Made by a program: the position numbers and the translations under genes
Assembly: GCA_964004705.1 (NCBI GenBank)
Contig: CAXFOQ010000004.1
Span: forward strand, 1 to 54,153
Source: an uncultured Flavobacteriales bacterium
GTDB taxonomy: Bacteria > Bacteroidota > Bacteroidia > Flavobacteriales > UBA7312
DNA length: 54,153 nt
Reading direction: 5' to 3'
In this document: positions 21,353-31,320 of the stretch, in pieces
How positions within the stretch are numbered: the stretch's first letter is position 1
Layout: each line of letters opens with the position of its first letter
The notes under the pieces: model-generated
Seen by the model: only the letters and a program-made list of their open reading frames with translations
The model's database searches: none
What the model was told of the DNA's origin: nothing

Positions 21353-22846
21353 TTATCGTAAGAGAATTAGGCTTCCATTCTCAACTAATTTTTCACCTTG
21401 AGCATATTCAACCTGAATATTATACATATAGACACCATCTTGGGCAATAGAATTATTTACAGTACCATCCCAAGCTTCATCAATTGAACTTGTTTCAAAA
21501 ATAACTTTACCATATCTATTATATATCTTCAAATTAAAATTTTGAATAGCACTGTCACCATAAATAACAACTTGCCATTTGTCGTTTTTCATATCCTGAT
21601 TTCTTGGCGTAAATGCTTGAGGAACAAACAACAATGGTGATTTAGATATACAAACCTTATTAGAAAACACAGTATCTTTTCTAGTGAGAGAATTGAGTGT
21701 ATTTTCAGTTGAAATAAGATACAAACAGATCTTACCAACATCGGAAATAATATTTATATCGTAGAAACTGTTGGGAAAAGCGTCTTTAAGATAACTATGT
21801 TCACCATTTACCTCCTTCCATAATTCAAGATGAGAAACAGATAAAAAGTTGTCATATTTAGTACTCTCTACGGAAATAAATTCATCTGATAATGATAAAG
21901 GTTTTAATTTCAAATTATATGCATAAGAGGTGTCGGTTAATGATAAATATTTTGGTAAATCGTACTCTTTATCACAAATATCTACTGGTTTAGCTTGATA
22001 ATAGTAAACGTTCCTTTCTGTTACTACTAAAGGATCCACAGCAATATATTCGTCATTGATAAGATTTGCCTGTCCCAAGTAAAATTGAAAGCCATTTTCA
22101 AAATTAGACTTATAGACATTAATATGACTTAAATCATCAGAATCAGATAAAACACTTACCTCTAAACTATTTTTTCCGGTGACACTAACTCTATTTATGT
22201 AACTATATTGAGGCACATCAATATCTGTTGTTGTGATTTCTAATAGATTAGATTTAGACAAATAGCCGACAGGGCTTATTGTCTCTAACCATAAGCTGTA
22301 TTTACTTGAATATTCGATTGAAAAATTTAAAGACGTGTCTTCAGAACTTATAGCGATAGTTTGCTCTGGAAAAATCGTTCCAGACTTTAAATCTTCTCTG
22401 ATAACTTTAAGTTGATAACCGTCCATAGCAAACATATTTAGATAACTGTTCCAAAATAAAACCAATGATGTATCGCATTCTTGATAATCGAATTTGAGAA
22501 AAACAGTTGAATGTGGTTCACTTCTTATGCTACTGTTTCCAAAAGCGTCAATAGCAACTACGCTAAAAGTTTCTTTTTTTTGCTGAGGAATTGCATTTGT
22601 GGTTAGATAAGTAGTATTAGTAATTCCCATTACTGTATCAAGAGGTATCCACAAACCTGAAATATCTTCAAAATAAATGACATAGCCTACTACATTTGGT
22701 GTAGAATTTACCCAATTGATTTGTACTTGTTGTGAACTATGTTCAACACTTACAAAGGTAATAACTGGAGCGTCAGGTTCTTGTGCATAAGACACAAAAA
22801 TACACATAAGGGGTAAGGCTAATATTAAGTTTTTAAAAATTCGCAT
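21353..22846 (-). CDS. Secreted beta-rich protein with a T9SS type-B (gliding motility-associated/CHU_C) C-terminal domain
   Basis: Signal peptide and C-terminus LFVPQAFTP...IYNRYGKVIFET...WDGT...DGVYMY...GSLILLR. Confidence 0.83.
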   Translation of the reverse strand: MRIFKNLILALPLMCIFVSYAQEPDAPVITFVSVEHSSQQVQINWVNSTPNVVGYVIYFEDISGLWIPLDTVMGITNTTYLTTNAIPQQKKETFSVVAIDAFGNSSIRSEPHSTVFLKFDYQECDTSLVLFWNSYLNMFAMDGYQLKVIREDLKSGTIFPEQTIAISSEDTSLNFSIEYSSKYSLWLETISPVGYLSKSNLLEITTTDIDVPQYSYINRVSVTGKNSLEVSVLSDSDDLSHINVYKSNFENGFQFYLGQANLINDEYIAVDPLVVTERNVYYYQAKPVDICDKEYDLPKYLSLTDTSYAYNLKLKPLSLSDEFISVESTKYDNFLSVSHLELWKEVNGEHSYLKDAFPNSFYDINIISDVGKICLYLISTENTLNSLTRKDTVFSNKVCISKSPLLFVPQAFTPRNQDMKNDKWQVVIYGDSAIQNFNLKIYNRYGKVIFETSSIDEAWDGTVNNSIAQDGVYMYNIQVEYAQGEKLVENGSLILLR

Positions 22847-22870
22847 TTCAGATTAACTAGTGAATGACTT

Positions 22871-23818
22871 TTATAACAATATTTTAGAAATTTTATTTTT
22901 TATCAGTTGAAATTCTTCTATTATTTCTAGAACAATTTCTGCAGCAGGCTTGATAGTATCCATATTAGCTGATATTTGTCCTACTTCCAATTCTCCTTCT
23001 TTTAAATCACCCAAAAACATACCTTTTTTAGCTCTACCTTTACCTAATAACGCTTGAAGTTCTTCTTTTGTTGCTCCCTTATTGTAAGCCGCAACAATTT
23101 GATAGTAAAACTCATTTTTCAATAACCTGACTGGTGTAATTTCTTTCAACATGAGCTCAGTATCGCCCTCTTTAGCATGAAGTATATAATCCTTAAAATT
23201 TTGATGAGCCGATGATTCTGAGGAAGCAACAAAACGACTACCTATCTGTACGCCATCAGCTCCTAATACCATAGCAGCTAACATTGACGCACCACTTCCA
23301 ATACCTCCAGCGGCAATTAATGGTATAGAAACGGCTTTTCTAATCAAAGGAATTAAACACATTGTGGTTGTTTCCTCTCTACCGTTGTGCCCACCAGCTT
23401 CAAAACCCTCAGCTACAATTGCATCAACACCAGCATCAACTGCTTTTTTAGCAAATTTGACGTTACTTACAACGTGTACAACAGTTATATTGTGTGCTTT
23501 TAAATGAGAAGTCCATTTAGCTGGATTTCCTGCTGATGTGAAAACTATCTTTATACCTTCTTGTAGAATGATAGAAATATGGTCATCTATTTGGGGGTAA
23601 AGTAAAGGAAGATTCACTGCAAAAGGCTTATCTGTATGGGCTTGGCATTTTTGGATATGCTGTCTCAAAACATCTGGATACATAGAACCTGAACCTATTA
23701 TGCCTAGACCACCAGCATTACTAACTGCCGAGGCTAACTCCCAACCACTACACCAAATCATACCCGCTTGAACAAGTGGATATTTTATGCCAAATAATTG
23801 AGTAATAGTATTGTTCAT
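22871..23818 (-). CDS. Nitronate monooxygenase/FabK-like FMN oxidoreductase
   Basis: YPLVQAGM, AVSNAGGLG, AEGFEAGGH, IAAGGI and GVQIGSRF motifs. Confidence 0.88.
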   Translation of the reverse strand: MNNTITQLFGIKYPLVQAGMIWCSGWELASAVSNAGGLGIIGSGSMYPDVLRQHIQKCQAHTDKPFAVNLPLLYPQIDDHISIILQEGIKIVFTSAGNPAKWTSHLKAHNITVVHVVSNVKFAKKAVDAGVDAIVAEGFEAGGHNGREETTTMCLIPLIRKAVSIPLIAAGGIGSGASMLAAMVLGADGVQIGSRFVASSESSAHQNFKDYILHAKEGDTELMLKEITPVRLLKNEFYYQIVAAYNKGATKEELQALLGKGRAKKGMFLGDLKEGELEVGQISANMDTIKPAAEIVLEIIEEFQLIKNKISKILL

Positions 23819-23822
23819 TTTC

Positions 23823-23830
23823 TATCTTTG
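23823..23830 (+). promoter_or_regulatory. -7 promoter box (TATCTTTG) for glyA
   Basis: Exact TAnnTTTG in the divergent intergenic region upstream of glyA. Confidence 0.55.
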
Positions 23831-23873
23831 TTCTCGCAAAAAATAATGCAGCGAAATTAGATAAATTTTACCA

Positions 23874-25148
23874 ATGAAAAGAGATAACACCATTTTTAAC
23901 CTTATTGAAGAAGAAAAAAACCGTCAAACACACGGTATTGAATTGATAGCCTCAGAAAATTTTGTCAGTGAACAAGTAATGGAAGCCATGGGTTCTGTAC
24001 TAACCAATAAATACGCTGAAGGCTTTCCTAACAAACGTTATTATGGCGGTTGTGAAGTTGTAGATAAAGTCGAGCAATTAGCCATTAACAGAGCAAAAGA
24101 ACTCTTTGGTGTAGAATATGCCAATGTACAGCCTCACTCTGGTTCACAGGCAAACGCTGCCGTATTTTTAGCAGTATTAAAACCGGGCGACAAAATTTTA
24201 GGCTTTAACCTTGCTCACGGTGGGCATCTTACACACGGTTCACCTGTAAACTTTTCGGGAAAGATTTACCAAACTAGCTTTTATTCTGTCAAAGAAGAAG
24301 ACGGACTTATTGACTACGATGCGATGGAACAAACAGCTATGGAAGAAAAGCCACAACTTATTATCTGTGGTGCGTCGGCATATTCTAGAGATATAGACTA
24401 CGCCCGTTTTAGAGCTGTTGCCGACAAAGTTGAGGCTTTATTGATGGCTGATATTTCTCACCCTTCAGGCCTTATTGCTGCTGGACATTTGAATAATCCT
24501 GCACCACATTGCCATATTTTAACCACTACGACTCATAAAACGCTAAGAGGACCTAGAGGTGGACTCATAATGATGGGCAAAGACTTTGAAAATCCTTGGG
24601 GCTTAAAAACACCTAAAGGAAATATCCGTAAAATGTCTGCCTTACTCGATTCTGCTGTATTTCCGGGAACACAAGGTGGGCCGTTAGAACACGTTATTGG
24701 GGCAAAAGCTGTCGCTTTTGGCGAGGCCTTGGAATCTGAATTTAAAACTTATACGGCTCAAGTCATAAAGAATGCCGAAGTAATGGCTCAATGCTTTATA
24801 GACAAAGGTTATAAAGTTATTTCTGGAGGGACAGAAAACCATTGCATGTTATTGGACTTACGCTCAAAAGGAATAACAGGAAAAGATGCTGAAAATACAC
24901 TAGTATTAGCCGACATAACGGTAAACAAAAATATGGTTCCTTTCGATGATAAATCTCCTTTTGTGACTTCTGGTATGCGTGTAGGAACACCAGCTATAAC
25001 CACTCGAGGAATTAATGAAGATACTATCCCTCAAATTGTAGATTTGATTGATGAAGTATTGATGAATATAGACAATGAAGAAGTTATTACTAATGTACGC
25101 AAAAAAGTCAACAACTTGATGGGACAATTCCCATTGTTTGCATCCTAA
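23874..25148 (+). CDS. glyA: Serine hydroxymethyltransferase
   Basis: [23 protein letters not shown] and [13 protein letters not shown] (PLP lysine). Confidence 0.98.
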   Translation: MKRDNTIFNLIEEEKNRQTHGIELIASENFVSEQVMEAMGSVLTNKYAEGFPNKRYYGGCEVVDKVEQLAINRAKELFGVEYANVQPHSGSQANAAVFLAVLKPGDKILGFNLAHGGHLTHGSPVNFSGKIYQTSFYSVKEEDGLIDYDAMEQTAMEEKPQLIICGASAYSRDIDYARFRAVADKVEALLMADISHPSGLIAAGHLNNPAPHCHILTTTTHKTLRGPRGGLIMMGKDFENPWGLKTPKGNIRKMSALLDSAVFPGTQGGPLEHVIGAKAVAFGEALESEFKTYTAQVIKNAEVMAQCFIDKGYKVISGGTENHCMLLDLRSKGITGKDAENTLVLADITVNKNMVPFDDKSPFVTSGMRVGTPAITTRGINEDTIPQIVDLIDEVLMNIDNEEVITNVRKKVNNLMGQFPLFAS

Positions 25149-25156
25149 AAATAACA

Positions 25157-25945
25157 ATGAGTAAATTAATTAAAAATATACAGATAAATCGCCAATCTTG
25201 GGAAGATAGGACTGCTGTTCATTTGAAGTCTAAATTTTATGATTTAGAAGCCTTTAAAAAGAACCCTATGTCCTTGAAATTTTTTGAGTTAGAGGGGCTT
25301 GGTGAGGTAAAAGGAAAATCCTTATTACATCTACAATGCCATTTCGGACAAGATAGTTTGTCATGGGTAAAAAAAGGTGCAAAAGTAACTGCCGTAGATT
25401 TTTCACCTTCAGCTATAGAAGCAGCTAAAACACTTTCTGAAGAATTGGATATAGAGGCTGAATTTATAGAATCTAACGTCTTAACGCTAGACTTAAAACA
25501 AGAATTTGATGTGGTGTTTATGTCCTATGGTACCCTTGGCTGGTTGCCCAACCTCAAACAATGGGGAGCAGTTGTTGCCAAACACCTAAAACAAGGAGGG
25601 ACATTTTTTATTGCTGAGTTCCACCCCGTCTTAGATATATTAGATGAAAAGACTCAATTTGGTTATTTTTTCGATGAAAATACACCCACTATTAAAGAAG
25701 TCGGTAGCTATACCGATGGTGGAGAAAATATGAATACTGAATATTGTTGGTGGAATCACTCACTCTCAGAAATATTTGTCGCATTAGAATCTAATGGTTT
25801 GAAATTACAATCCTTTGCAGAATTTGATTATTCGCCTTATAACATTAAGGGTACTATAGAACGCCAAGAAGGTCAATATGTTTTGGAAAATAGAGCTAAG
25901 CAATCTTTACCTTATGTGTTTACTTTGAAAGCAACTAAGAAATAG
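25157..25945 (+). CDS. Class I SAM-dependent methyltransferase
   Basis: LLHLQCHFGQD, VTAVDFS and FDVVFMSYG motifs. Confidence 0.85.
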   Translation: MSKLIKNIQINRQSWEDRTAVHLKSKFYDLEAFKKNPMSLKFFELEGLGEVKGKSLLHLQCHFGQDSLSWVKKGAKVTAVDFSPSAIEAAKTLSEELDIEAEFIESNVLTLDLKQEFDVVFMSYGTLGWLPNLKQWGAVVAKHLKQGGTFFIAEFHPVLDILDEKTQFGYFFDENTPTIKEVGSYTDGGENMNTEYCWWNHSLSEIFVALESNGLKLQSFAEFDYSPYNIKGTIERQEGQYVLENRAKQSLPYVFTLKATKK

Positions 25946-25967
25946 ATCTTACACACAAACCAACAAT

Positions 25968-25997
25968 AAAAAAGCCCCTGATCTCAGGGGCTTTTTT
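25968..25997. terminator. Bidirectional intrinsic terminator between the methyltransferase and tRNA-Met
   Basis: AAAAAAGCCCCTGA-TC-TCAGGGGCTTTTTT perfect inverted repeat with tracts on both sides. Confidence 0.88.
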
Positions 25998-26003
25998 GTA
26001 GAG

Positions 26004-26077
26004 TAGCGAGGGAGAGATTTGAACTCTCGGCCTCCGGGTTATGAATCCGACGCTCTAACCAACTGAGCTACCTCGCC
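26004..26077 (-). tRNA. tRNA with CAT anticodon, most likely elongator tRNA-Met
   Basis: Reverse complement reads GGCGAGG TA GCTC AGTTGGTTA GAGC G TCGGA TT CAT AA CCCGG AGGCC GAGAG TTCAAAT CTCTC CCTCGCT A. It lacks the initiator C1:A72 mismatch. TATATTTG box at 26091-26098. Confidence 0.93.
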
Positions 26078-26135
26078 GTAGTTGGGTCGGCAAATATACT
26101 ATTTTTGTCAACTCCTCAAATCACTTTTTTAAATT

Positions 26136-26873
26136 TTAAGAGCGACCCTCCTCATCTAACAATGAAGTGCTTCTTTTTAGGGTTCTAAGAATCAAACTAA
26201 GTACAACAGTAACAGCTAATATATACCAGCCCATTTTTGGAATTAGAATCTCTTTTTCCTGAAAGAAATTTCTAACTAATTCAACAAATACAAAACCAAT
26301 TACTGTAGCTAATACCCCCGAATATTCTCGTCTCATTACACTTATTATTGAAAAAGGAATATGGCTTTTTTTAAATTGAGATAATTTAGGCACAAATACT
26401 GGTAAATTACTGGCCCAGTCTAAATAGTCTTGCCCAAATTTACGTTCTAAAAAACGTTCTTCAGCAAACATAATGCGTTCATAATAAAGAAAATACAACA
26501 GACATACTATAATTACAAAATACCAATTGAAAGTATAAAATACGATGCCAATCCACATAAAATAATTCCCCAAATACAAAGGGTGACGTACCACAGAATA
26601 TATGCCAGTGCTATTAAGCACTTCTGCCACTTGTTCTTTAGTATTTCTACCAGATGTACCTCTTGTAGTAGTGCCAATAGTATAAGCCCTTATGACAAAG
26701 CCTATGCTAGAAAGTATAATGGCTGCCAAGGTGAAATTATTTTCTTCGTACAAGCAGATTGAATCTGTGAAATATATAAAAGGTATAGCCAAAATAAAGA
26801 GGACAATTGGAAATTGCCCTCTGTATTTAAACAAAAAATTACCTTGTTTTTCTATTTCGTTGATTAATGCCAT
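26136..26873 (-). CDS. ICMT/PEMT-superfamily membrane methyltransferase, LmtA (lipid A phosphate methyltransferase)-like
   Basis: Several TM segments with GTSGRNT, LNSTGIYSVVRHPLYLGN and AEERFLERKFG motifs. Confidence 0.75.
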   Translation of the reverse strand: MALINEIEKQGNFLFKYRGQFPIVLFILAIPFIYFTDSICLYEENNFTLAAIILSSIGFVIRAYTIGTTTRGTSGRNTKEQVAEVLNSTGIYSVVRHPLYLGNYFMWIGIVFYTFNWYFVIIVCLLYFLYYERIMFAEERFLERKFGQDYLDWASNLPVFVPKLSQFKKSHIPFSIISVMRREYSGVLATVIGFVFVELVRNFFQEKEILIPKMGWYILAVTVVLSLILRTLKRSTSLLDEEGRS

Positions 26874-27547
26874 TAATTTATAGACAATAATTCTACTTCA
26901 AAAATAAGCGTTTCATTAGGTCCTATTGAACCTCCAGCACCTCTTTCACCATAGGCTAAATCGGATGGGATATACAATTTATACTTTGAGCCTACATTCA
27001 TCAATTGTAAAGCCTCTACCCAACCTGCTATAACACCATTGACTGGAAAAGTAGCTGGCTGACCTCTTTCTACAGAACTATCAAAAACAGTACCATCTAT
27101 AAGAGTTCCGTGATAGTGTACTGTTACCTCATCGGATTCAATAGGAGTTGCTCCTGTGCCTTTGTTTATGACTTCGTATTGTAATCCAGAAGCTGTAGTT
27201 ATTACACCTTCATTTTTAGCGTTTTCATCTAAGAATGCTTGACCAATAGAAATAGCTTCTTGACTTTTCTTTTGAGACAACTCAACAAAATAATCTTGAA
27301 TCAGCATATTAGCATCTTCTTCATTAATTTTGACCTCATTACCTTCAAAAACATCCGAAAAAGCAGAAGCAACAGCATGAGTTTCTATACTCTCAAAACC
27401 ACTACTTTTTAAGTTATTTGCCACACTAATTCCCAAGCTATAGCTCACCGAATCAATTTGTGTGTTTAATTCTACATTTTTGTAAGAAGTTTGGTTACAA
27501 GCAACAAATGTTACCGCAATACCAAGCATAAAAAGTTTGTTTTTCAT
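26873..27547 (-). CDS. FKBP-type PPIase lipoprotein (FKBP_N + FKBP_C, Mip/FklB-like)
   Basis: Lipobox FVAC after the ATG at 27547, then DSVSYSLG, SGLQY, VHYHGTL, FDSS and VIAGWVEAL. Confidence 0.93.
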   Translation of the reverse strand: MKNKLFMLGIAVTFVACNQTSYKNVELNTQIDSVSYSLGISVANNLKSSGFESIETHAVASAFSDVFEGNEVKINEEDANMLIQDYFVELSQKKSQEAISIGQAFLDENAKNEGVITTASGLQYEVINKGTGATPIESDEVTVHYHGTLIDGTVFDSSVERGQPATFPVNGVIAGWVEALQLMNVGSKYKLYIPSDLAYGERGAGGSIGPNETLIFEVELLSIN

Positions 27548-27557
27548 TGTTTTTAAT

Positions 27558-28556
27558 TTAGTTAATAATATAATTAGGAATTGTTCTTTTAAATGTTGTT
27601 TTTGCTTCTTCCATAGTAGATGCAGCCCCTCCTGCTGCATTGATATGTCCACCTCCGCTAAAGTGATCTCTAGCTAATTGATTGACAGAAATATCTCCTT
27701 TAGAACGAAAAGATATCTTAATTATTCCATCACGTTCAACCATAAAAGCAGCGACATTAATACCTTCTATTGACAAAGCATAATTGACGACACCCTCAGT
27801 GTCACCTTTCTTAAAATTAAATCGTTGTAATTCTTCTTGAGTTAAAGTTATAATTGCTACTCCTAAATCACTGATTACCTCCATCTTTTCACTCAAACAA
27901 TACCCCAATAACTTCAGTCTATTCACTGAATTATTATCGTGAATTTTATCGTAAACCCAATCGTTTCGTGCACCTTTCTCAATTAAAAAACTGACTACTT
28001 GATGGGTTTTAGAACTAACCGAATTAAATCTAAAATTACCTGTATCAGTCATGATACCAGCGTATAAACATTCAGCGATATCTTGATCTATTTCATCTAT
28101 ATCGCCTAGCAATTCAAAAAACTCAAAAATCAATTGAGCCGTAGAACAAGCTGATGTATCTGAAAAATTAAAATCAAAAGTATCAGGTTGCTGATGGTGG
28201 TCAATCAATACTTTTAATGCATTTGAACGCTCAACTATAGGTGCATAAGAATCAATTCTGACTAAAGTATTGAAGTCTAAACAGAAAATTATCTCTGCAG
28301 ATTGAGTAATTTTTTTAGCTTTTTCTTCATTAAAGCAATATTCTATAACATGTTCATCGCCTTTCATCCATTTTAAAAAACTAGGATAATCATTAGGTGT
28401 AATGACGTGAACCGAATGACCTTTTTTAATAAGGTAATTGTAAAGTGCTAAAGAAGAACCCATAGCATCACCATCTGGTCCTTTGTGAGTGGTAATAACA
28501 ACCTTTCTTGGTTCCGACAAAAAGGCTTTTAACTGATTTAATTCTGTTGCTTTCAT
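27558..28556 (-). CDS. nrnA: DHH/DHHA1 phosphoesterase (NrnA-like), copy 2
   Basis: HKGPDGDAMGS, IDHH, TDTGNF and GGGHINAAG motifs. Start placed at the ATG at 28556 because the longer ORF overlaps ndk. Confidence 0.88.
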   Translation of the reverse strand: MKATELNQLKAFLSEPRKVVITTHKGPDGDAMGSSLALYNYLIKKGHSVHVITPNDYPSFLKWMKGDEHVIEYCFNEEKAKKITQSAEIIFCLDFNTLVRIDSYAPIVERSNALKVLIDHHQQPDTFDFNFSDTSACSTAQLIFEFFELLGDIDEIDQDIAECLYAGIMTDTGNFRFNSVSSKTHQVVSFLIEKGARNDWVYDKIHDNNSVNRLKLLGYCLSEKMEVISDLGVAIITLTQEELQRFNFKKGDTEGVVNYALSIEGINVAAFMVERDGIIKISFRSKGDISVNQLARDHFSGGGHINAAGGAASTMEEAKTTFKRTIPNYIIN

Positions 28557-28640
28557 AAAGTTTGCTAAAATAAGAATAAATCTGAGTGTAAATAGCAAAG
28601 GAATTTTATAAATTCGCGCCATAAAATTTAAAACATAAAA

Positions 28641-29060
28641 ATGGCAACTAATAGAACCTTTACAATGATTAAGCCCGAAGCTGTAAAAAATGGACACATC
28701 GGAGCTATATTAGAACGAATTAATGCTGCTGGCTTTACTATCGTAGCAATGAAAAAAACAGCTCTTACTTCTGAAAAAGCAGGAGAATTTTATGCTGTAC
28801 ATAAGGAACGCCCATTCTATAGAGAACTCGTAGACTACATGAGCTCCGGACCTATCGTAGCTGCTATTCTTGAAAAAGGAAATGCTGTTGCCGATTTTAG
28901 AACGCTTATTGGTGCAACTGATCCATCTGAAGCTGCTGAAGGTACTATTCGCAGTGAATTTGCAGAAAGCAAAGCTAAGAATGCTGTTCATGGCTCTGAC
29001 TCTGACGAAAATGCTGCTATTGAAGGTGATTTCTTCTTTTCAGCCGAAGAAAGATTCTAG
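28641..29060 (+). CDS. ndk: Nucleoside diphosphate kinase, copy 2
   Basis: TFTMIKP, HKERPFY and NAVHGSDS motifs. Confidence 0.97.
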   Translation: MATNRTFTMIKPEAVKNGHIGAILERINAAGFTIVAMKKTALTSEKAGEFYAVHKERPFYRELVDYMSSGPIVAAILEKGNAVADFRTLIGATDPSEAAEGTIRSEFAESKAKNAVHGSDSDENAAIEGDFFFSAEERF

Positions 29061-29077
29061 AACAAACTAATATCAAT

Positions 29078-29110
29078 AAAAAAGCTCTAATAAATACTAG
29101 GGCTTTTTTT
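29078..29110. terminator. Bidirectional terminator between ndk and DUF721 (copy 2)
   Basis: AAAAAAGCTCTA...TAGGGCTTTTTTT between convergent genes. Confidence 0.72.
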
Positions 29111-29402
29111 ATTTTAAAACCAAATCCATTATCACTTCTTTTCCAACAGCAGTATTTAAATCTTTAACGATTTCAGACTTCTTGTAAGAAAGCTCTTGTC
29201 TTAAAGTGGAAGAATTTAAACGAATATGTAATTTTTTATTATGAATAAAGACTTCTTCGGTATATTTAGCCAAACTAGGCCCTAAAACCTTGTCCCATTC
29301 CGTCATTATTTTGACTTCATCGAGTTTACGCTCCCAACCACTTTGTTTTAAAAAATCTTGGATAACCTCGCCTAAAGATTGCTGATTACTCTTCCTTTTC
29401 AA
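29109..29402 (-). CDS. DUF721/DciA-family protein, copy 2
   Basis: WDKVLG...LHIRLNSSTLRQELSY. TTG start overlapping the recF 3' end. Confidence 0.82.
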   Translation of the reverse strand: MKRKSNQQSLGEVIQDFLKQSGWERKLDEVKIMTEWDKVLGPSLAKYTEEVFIHNKKLHIRLNSSTLRQELSYKKSEIVKDLNTAVGKEVIMDLVLK

Positions 29403-30489
29403 TAGCTCCGTTTTTTATGTGAAACAATTTGTAATCGGCATTAATCTTATTAAAGATTTGCTTAGAACGTTCAGGATGGGTATCCGTCACGAATATTTGA
29501 CCAAAATGATGTTGATCGACTAGTTTCATAAGGTGTTCCACTCTATTGTCATCTAATTTATCAAAAACATCGTCTAAAAGAAGCATAGGCTTGTAGCCTA
29601 ATGCATCCTGCATAAAATCAAATTGTGCTAATTTGAGTGCAAGCAAATATGTTTTTTGTTGACCTTGAGAGCCAACTCGTTTTATAGGATGACCATTTAG
29701 GTGAAATATTAAATCATCTTTATGCACACCAACTGAAGTGAATTTAACTAACCTATCTTTTTCTAAGTTTTGTTGACATAAATCTAGAAAATTCTTTTCG
29801 GAAAGTTGAGAGTCGTAATGTATAGTCACTTGTTCACTAGTGTTAGAAATAGCTTTGTAATAATTTAGAAAAATAGGTGCTAACTGTTTTAAAAATAATT
29901 GCCTTTTCTCGAAAATAATATGAGCTAGTGGTGCTAACTGTTCATCATACAATGATAAGTTAGATAGATTAGCGGTATTTGAATCTGAATATTTCAAAAG
30001 TGCATTTCTTTGTAAAATCAATTTATTGTAGGCTATTAATGTGTTAAGATATTCTTTATTAAATTGAGAAATAACACTATCCATGTATTTTCTTCTCACT
30101 TCACTTCCTGACAATAATAATTCATTATCAGTTGGTGAAACCATAACAAGAGGAAATAATCCGATGTGTTCAGCTAGTTTATCATATTTCTTTTTGTTAC
30201 GCTTAACCACTTTTTTTACTCCAGTCTTGAAAGCACATTGTACTAATTCCGTTTTATCATCCTTTTCAAAAACACCTTCGATAGTCATAAAAAATTGGTC
30301 GTGAAGCACATTCATACTATCCTTTTTAACAAAAAAACTTTTGGTAAAGGATAAATAATGAATAGCATCTAGTAAATTTGTCTTTCCAGAGCCATTATCA
30401 CCAACAAAACAATTTATATTTGGTTTAAAATCTAAACGACTATCGGAATGATTTTTAAAATTTAAAACGGATAATTTTTTTAAATACAT
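29386..30489 (-). CDS. recF: RecF, copy 2
   Basis: LNFKNH, GDNGSGKTN, GSQGQQKT and LLLDDVFDKLD motifs. Confidence 0.96.
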   Translation of the reverse strand: MYLKKLSVLNFKNHSDSRLDFKPNINCFVGDNGSGKTNLLDAIHYLSFTKSFFVKKDSMNVLHDQFFMTIEGVFEKDDKTELVQCAFKTGVKKVVKRNKKKYDKLAEHIGLFPLVMVSPTDNELLLSGSEVRRKYMDSVISQFNKEYLNTLIAYNKLILQRNALLKYSDSNTANLSNLSLYDEQLAPLAHIIFEKRQLFLKQLAPIFLNYYKAISNTSEQVTIHYDSQLSEKNFLDLCQQNLEKDRLVKFTSVGVHKDDLIFHLNGHPIKRVGSQGQQKTYLLALKLAQFDFMQDALGYKPMLLLDDVFDKLDDNRVEHLMKLVDQHHFGQIFVTDTHPERSKQIFNKINADYKLFHIKNGAIEKEE

Positions 30490-30607
30490 AATTGTTCATA
30501 TTCTACAGCACTAAAGTATCTTTTTTTTAAGTTATTGGAAGTCAATTACATCAAACTTTTTCAAATGGAAAAAAAGATTATTTTTGTTGCTCAAATTTTA
30601 TTTAAAA

Positions 30608-31291
30608 ATGGCAAAAAAGAAAGATAGAACTGAAGAAAAATTCGCAGCAGTTGAGGAAACATTATCAAGAACTGAACAATGGGTAGAAAATAATCAAAAG
30701 ACTTTATCTACAATTGTTTTTACAATAGTTGGTGTTATTGCTTTATTCTTGGCATTCGACAAGTTTTACCTTGAACCTGTAAATGAAAGGGCTCAACAAA
30801 AACTTTTTAAAAGTGTTAATTATTTCGAAGCTGACTCTTTTAATTTAGCACTTTATGGTGTAAATGACGAATATGGTCTTCTAGATATTGTTGATGAATA
30901 TGGTTCAAGTGATGCAGGTAATCTTGCGAATTACTATGCAGGTATATCTTTTCTAAATATGGGTGATAACGAAAGTGCTATTGATTATTTAAGCGACTTC
31001 TCATGTGATGATGAAGTAGTATCTTCTATTGCTTTTGGAAGTATGGGAGATGCTTATATGAATATAGGTGAGTTTGAAGATGCTATCAACTTTTGGACTA
31101 AAGCTGCTTTCAATAGTAAAAACAATTTCACTACACCAATTTACCTTAAAAGAGCGGCAATGGCTCTAGAGGAAGATGGTAATATTGATAGAGCATTAGA
31201 ATACTATTCTACTATTAAAAAAGACTATTCAGAATCAGACGAGGCCAGAGATATTGATAAGTTCATTACTCGTGCTCAATTGAAACAATAA
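30608..31291 (+). CDS. Membrane-anchored TPR protein (YfgM-like), copy 2
   Basis: Homologous to 12632-13309 (AGNLANYYAG, NxFTTP). ATG at 30608 with a TATTTTTG box at 30579-30586. Confidence 0.82.
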   Translation: MAKKKDRTEEKFAAVEETLSRTEQWVENNQKTLSTIVFTIVGVIALFLAFDKFYLEPVNERAQQKLFKSVNYFEADSFNLALYGVNDEYGLLDIVDEYGSSDAGNLANYYAGISFLNMGDNESAIDYLSDFSCDDEVVSSIAFGSMGDAYMNIGEFEDAINFWTKAAFNSKNNFTTPIYLKRAAMALEEDGNIDRALEYYSTIKKDYSESDEARDIDKFITRAQLKQ

Positions 31292-31297
31292 TTTAAT

Positions 31298-31320
31298 AGC
31301 TCGCACAGCGAGCTTTTTTT
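31298..31320 (+). terminator. Intrinsic terminator-like hairpin directly abutting the ribH start codon
   Basis: AGCTCGC-ACA-GCGAGCT-TTTTTT followed immediately by the ATG at 31321. Confidence 0.7.

Noticed and set aside
26004-26077. Initiator tRNA-fMet reading of the CAT tRNA
   Set aside because: It has a G1-U72 pair rather than a C1:A72 mismatch and lacks three consecutive G-C pairs in the anticodon stem. Ile2 cannot be fully excluded without a covariance model.
7943-26873. A methyltransferase flanks the left end of both block copies
   Set aside because: MenG (class I Rossmann fold) and the ICMT-like membrane enzyme are unrelated, so this is coincidence and not part of the repeat.
27558-28697. 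Long N-terminal extensions in the ORF track (DHH copy 2, also FKBP, recF copy 1, mnmE, vWA, DUF368)
   Set aside because: They overlap neighbouring genes or promoter boxes. Downstream ATGs match homologue starts or signal peptides.
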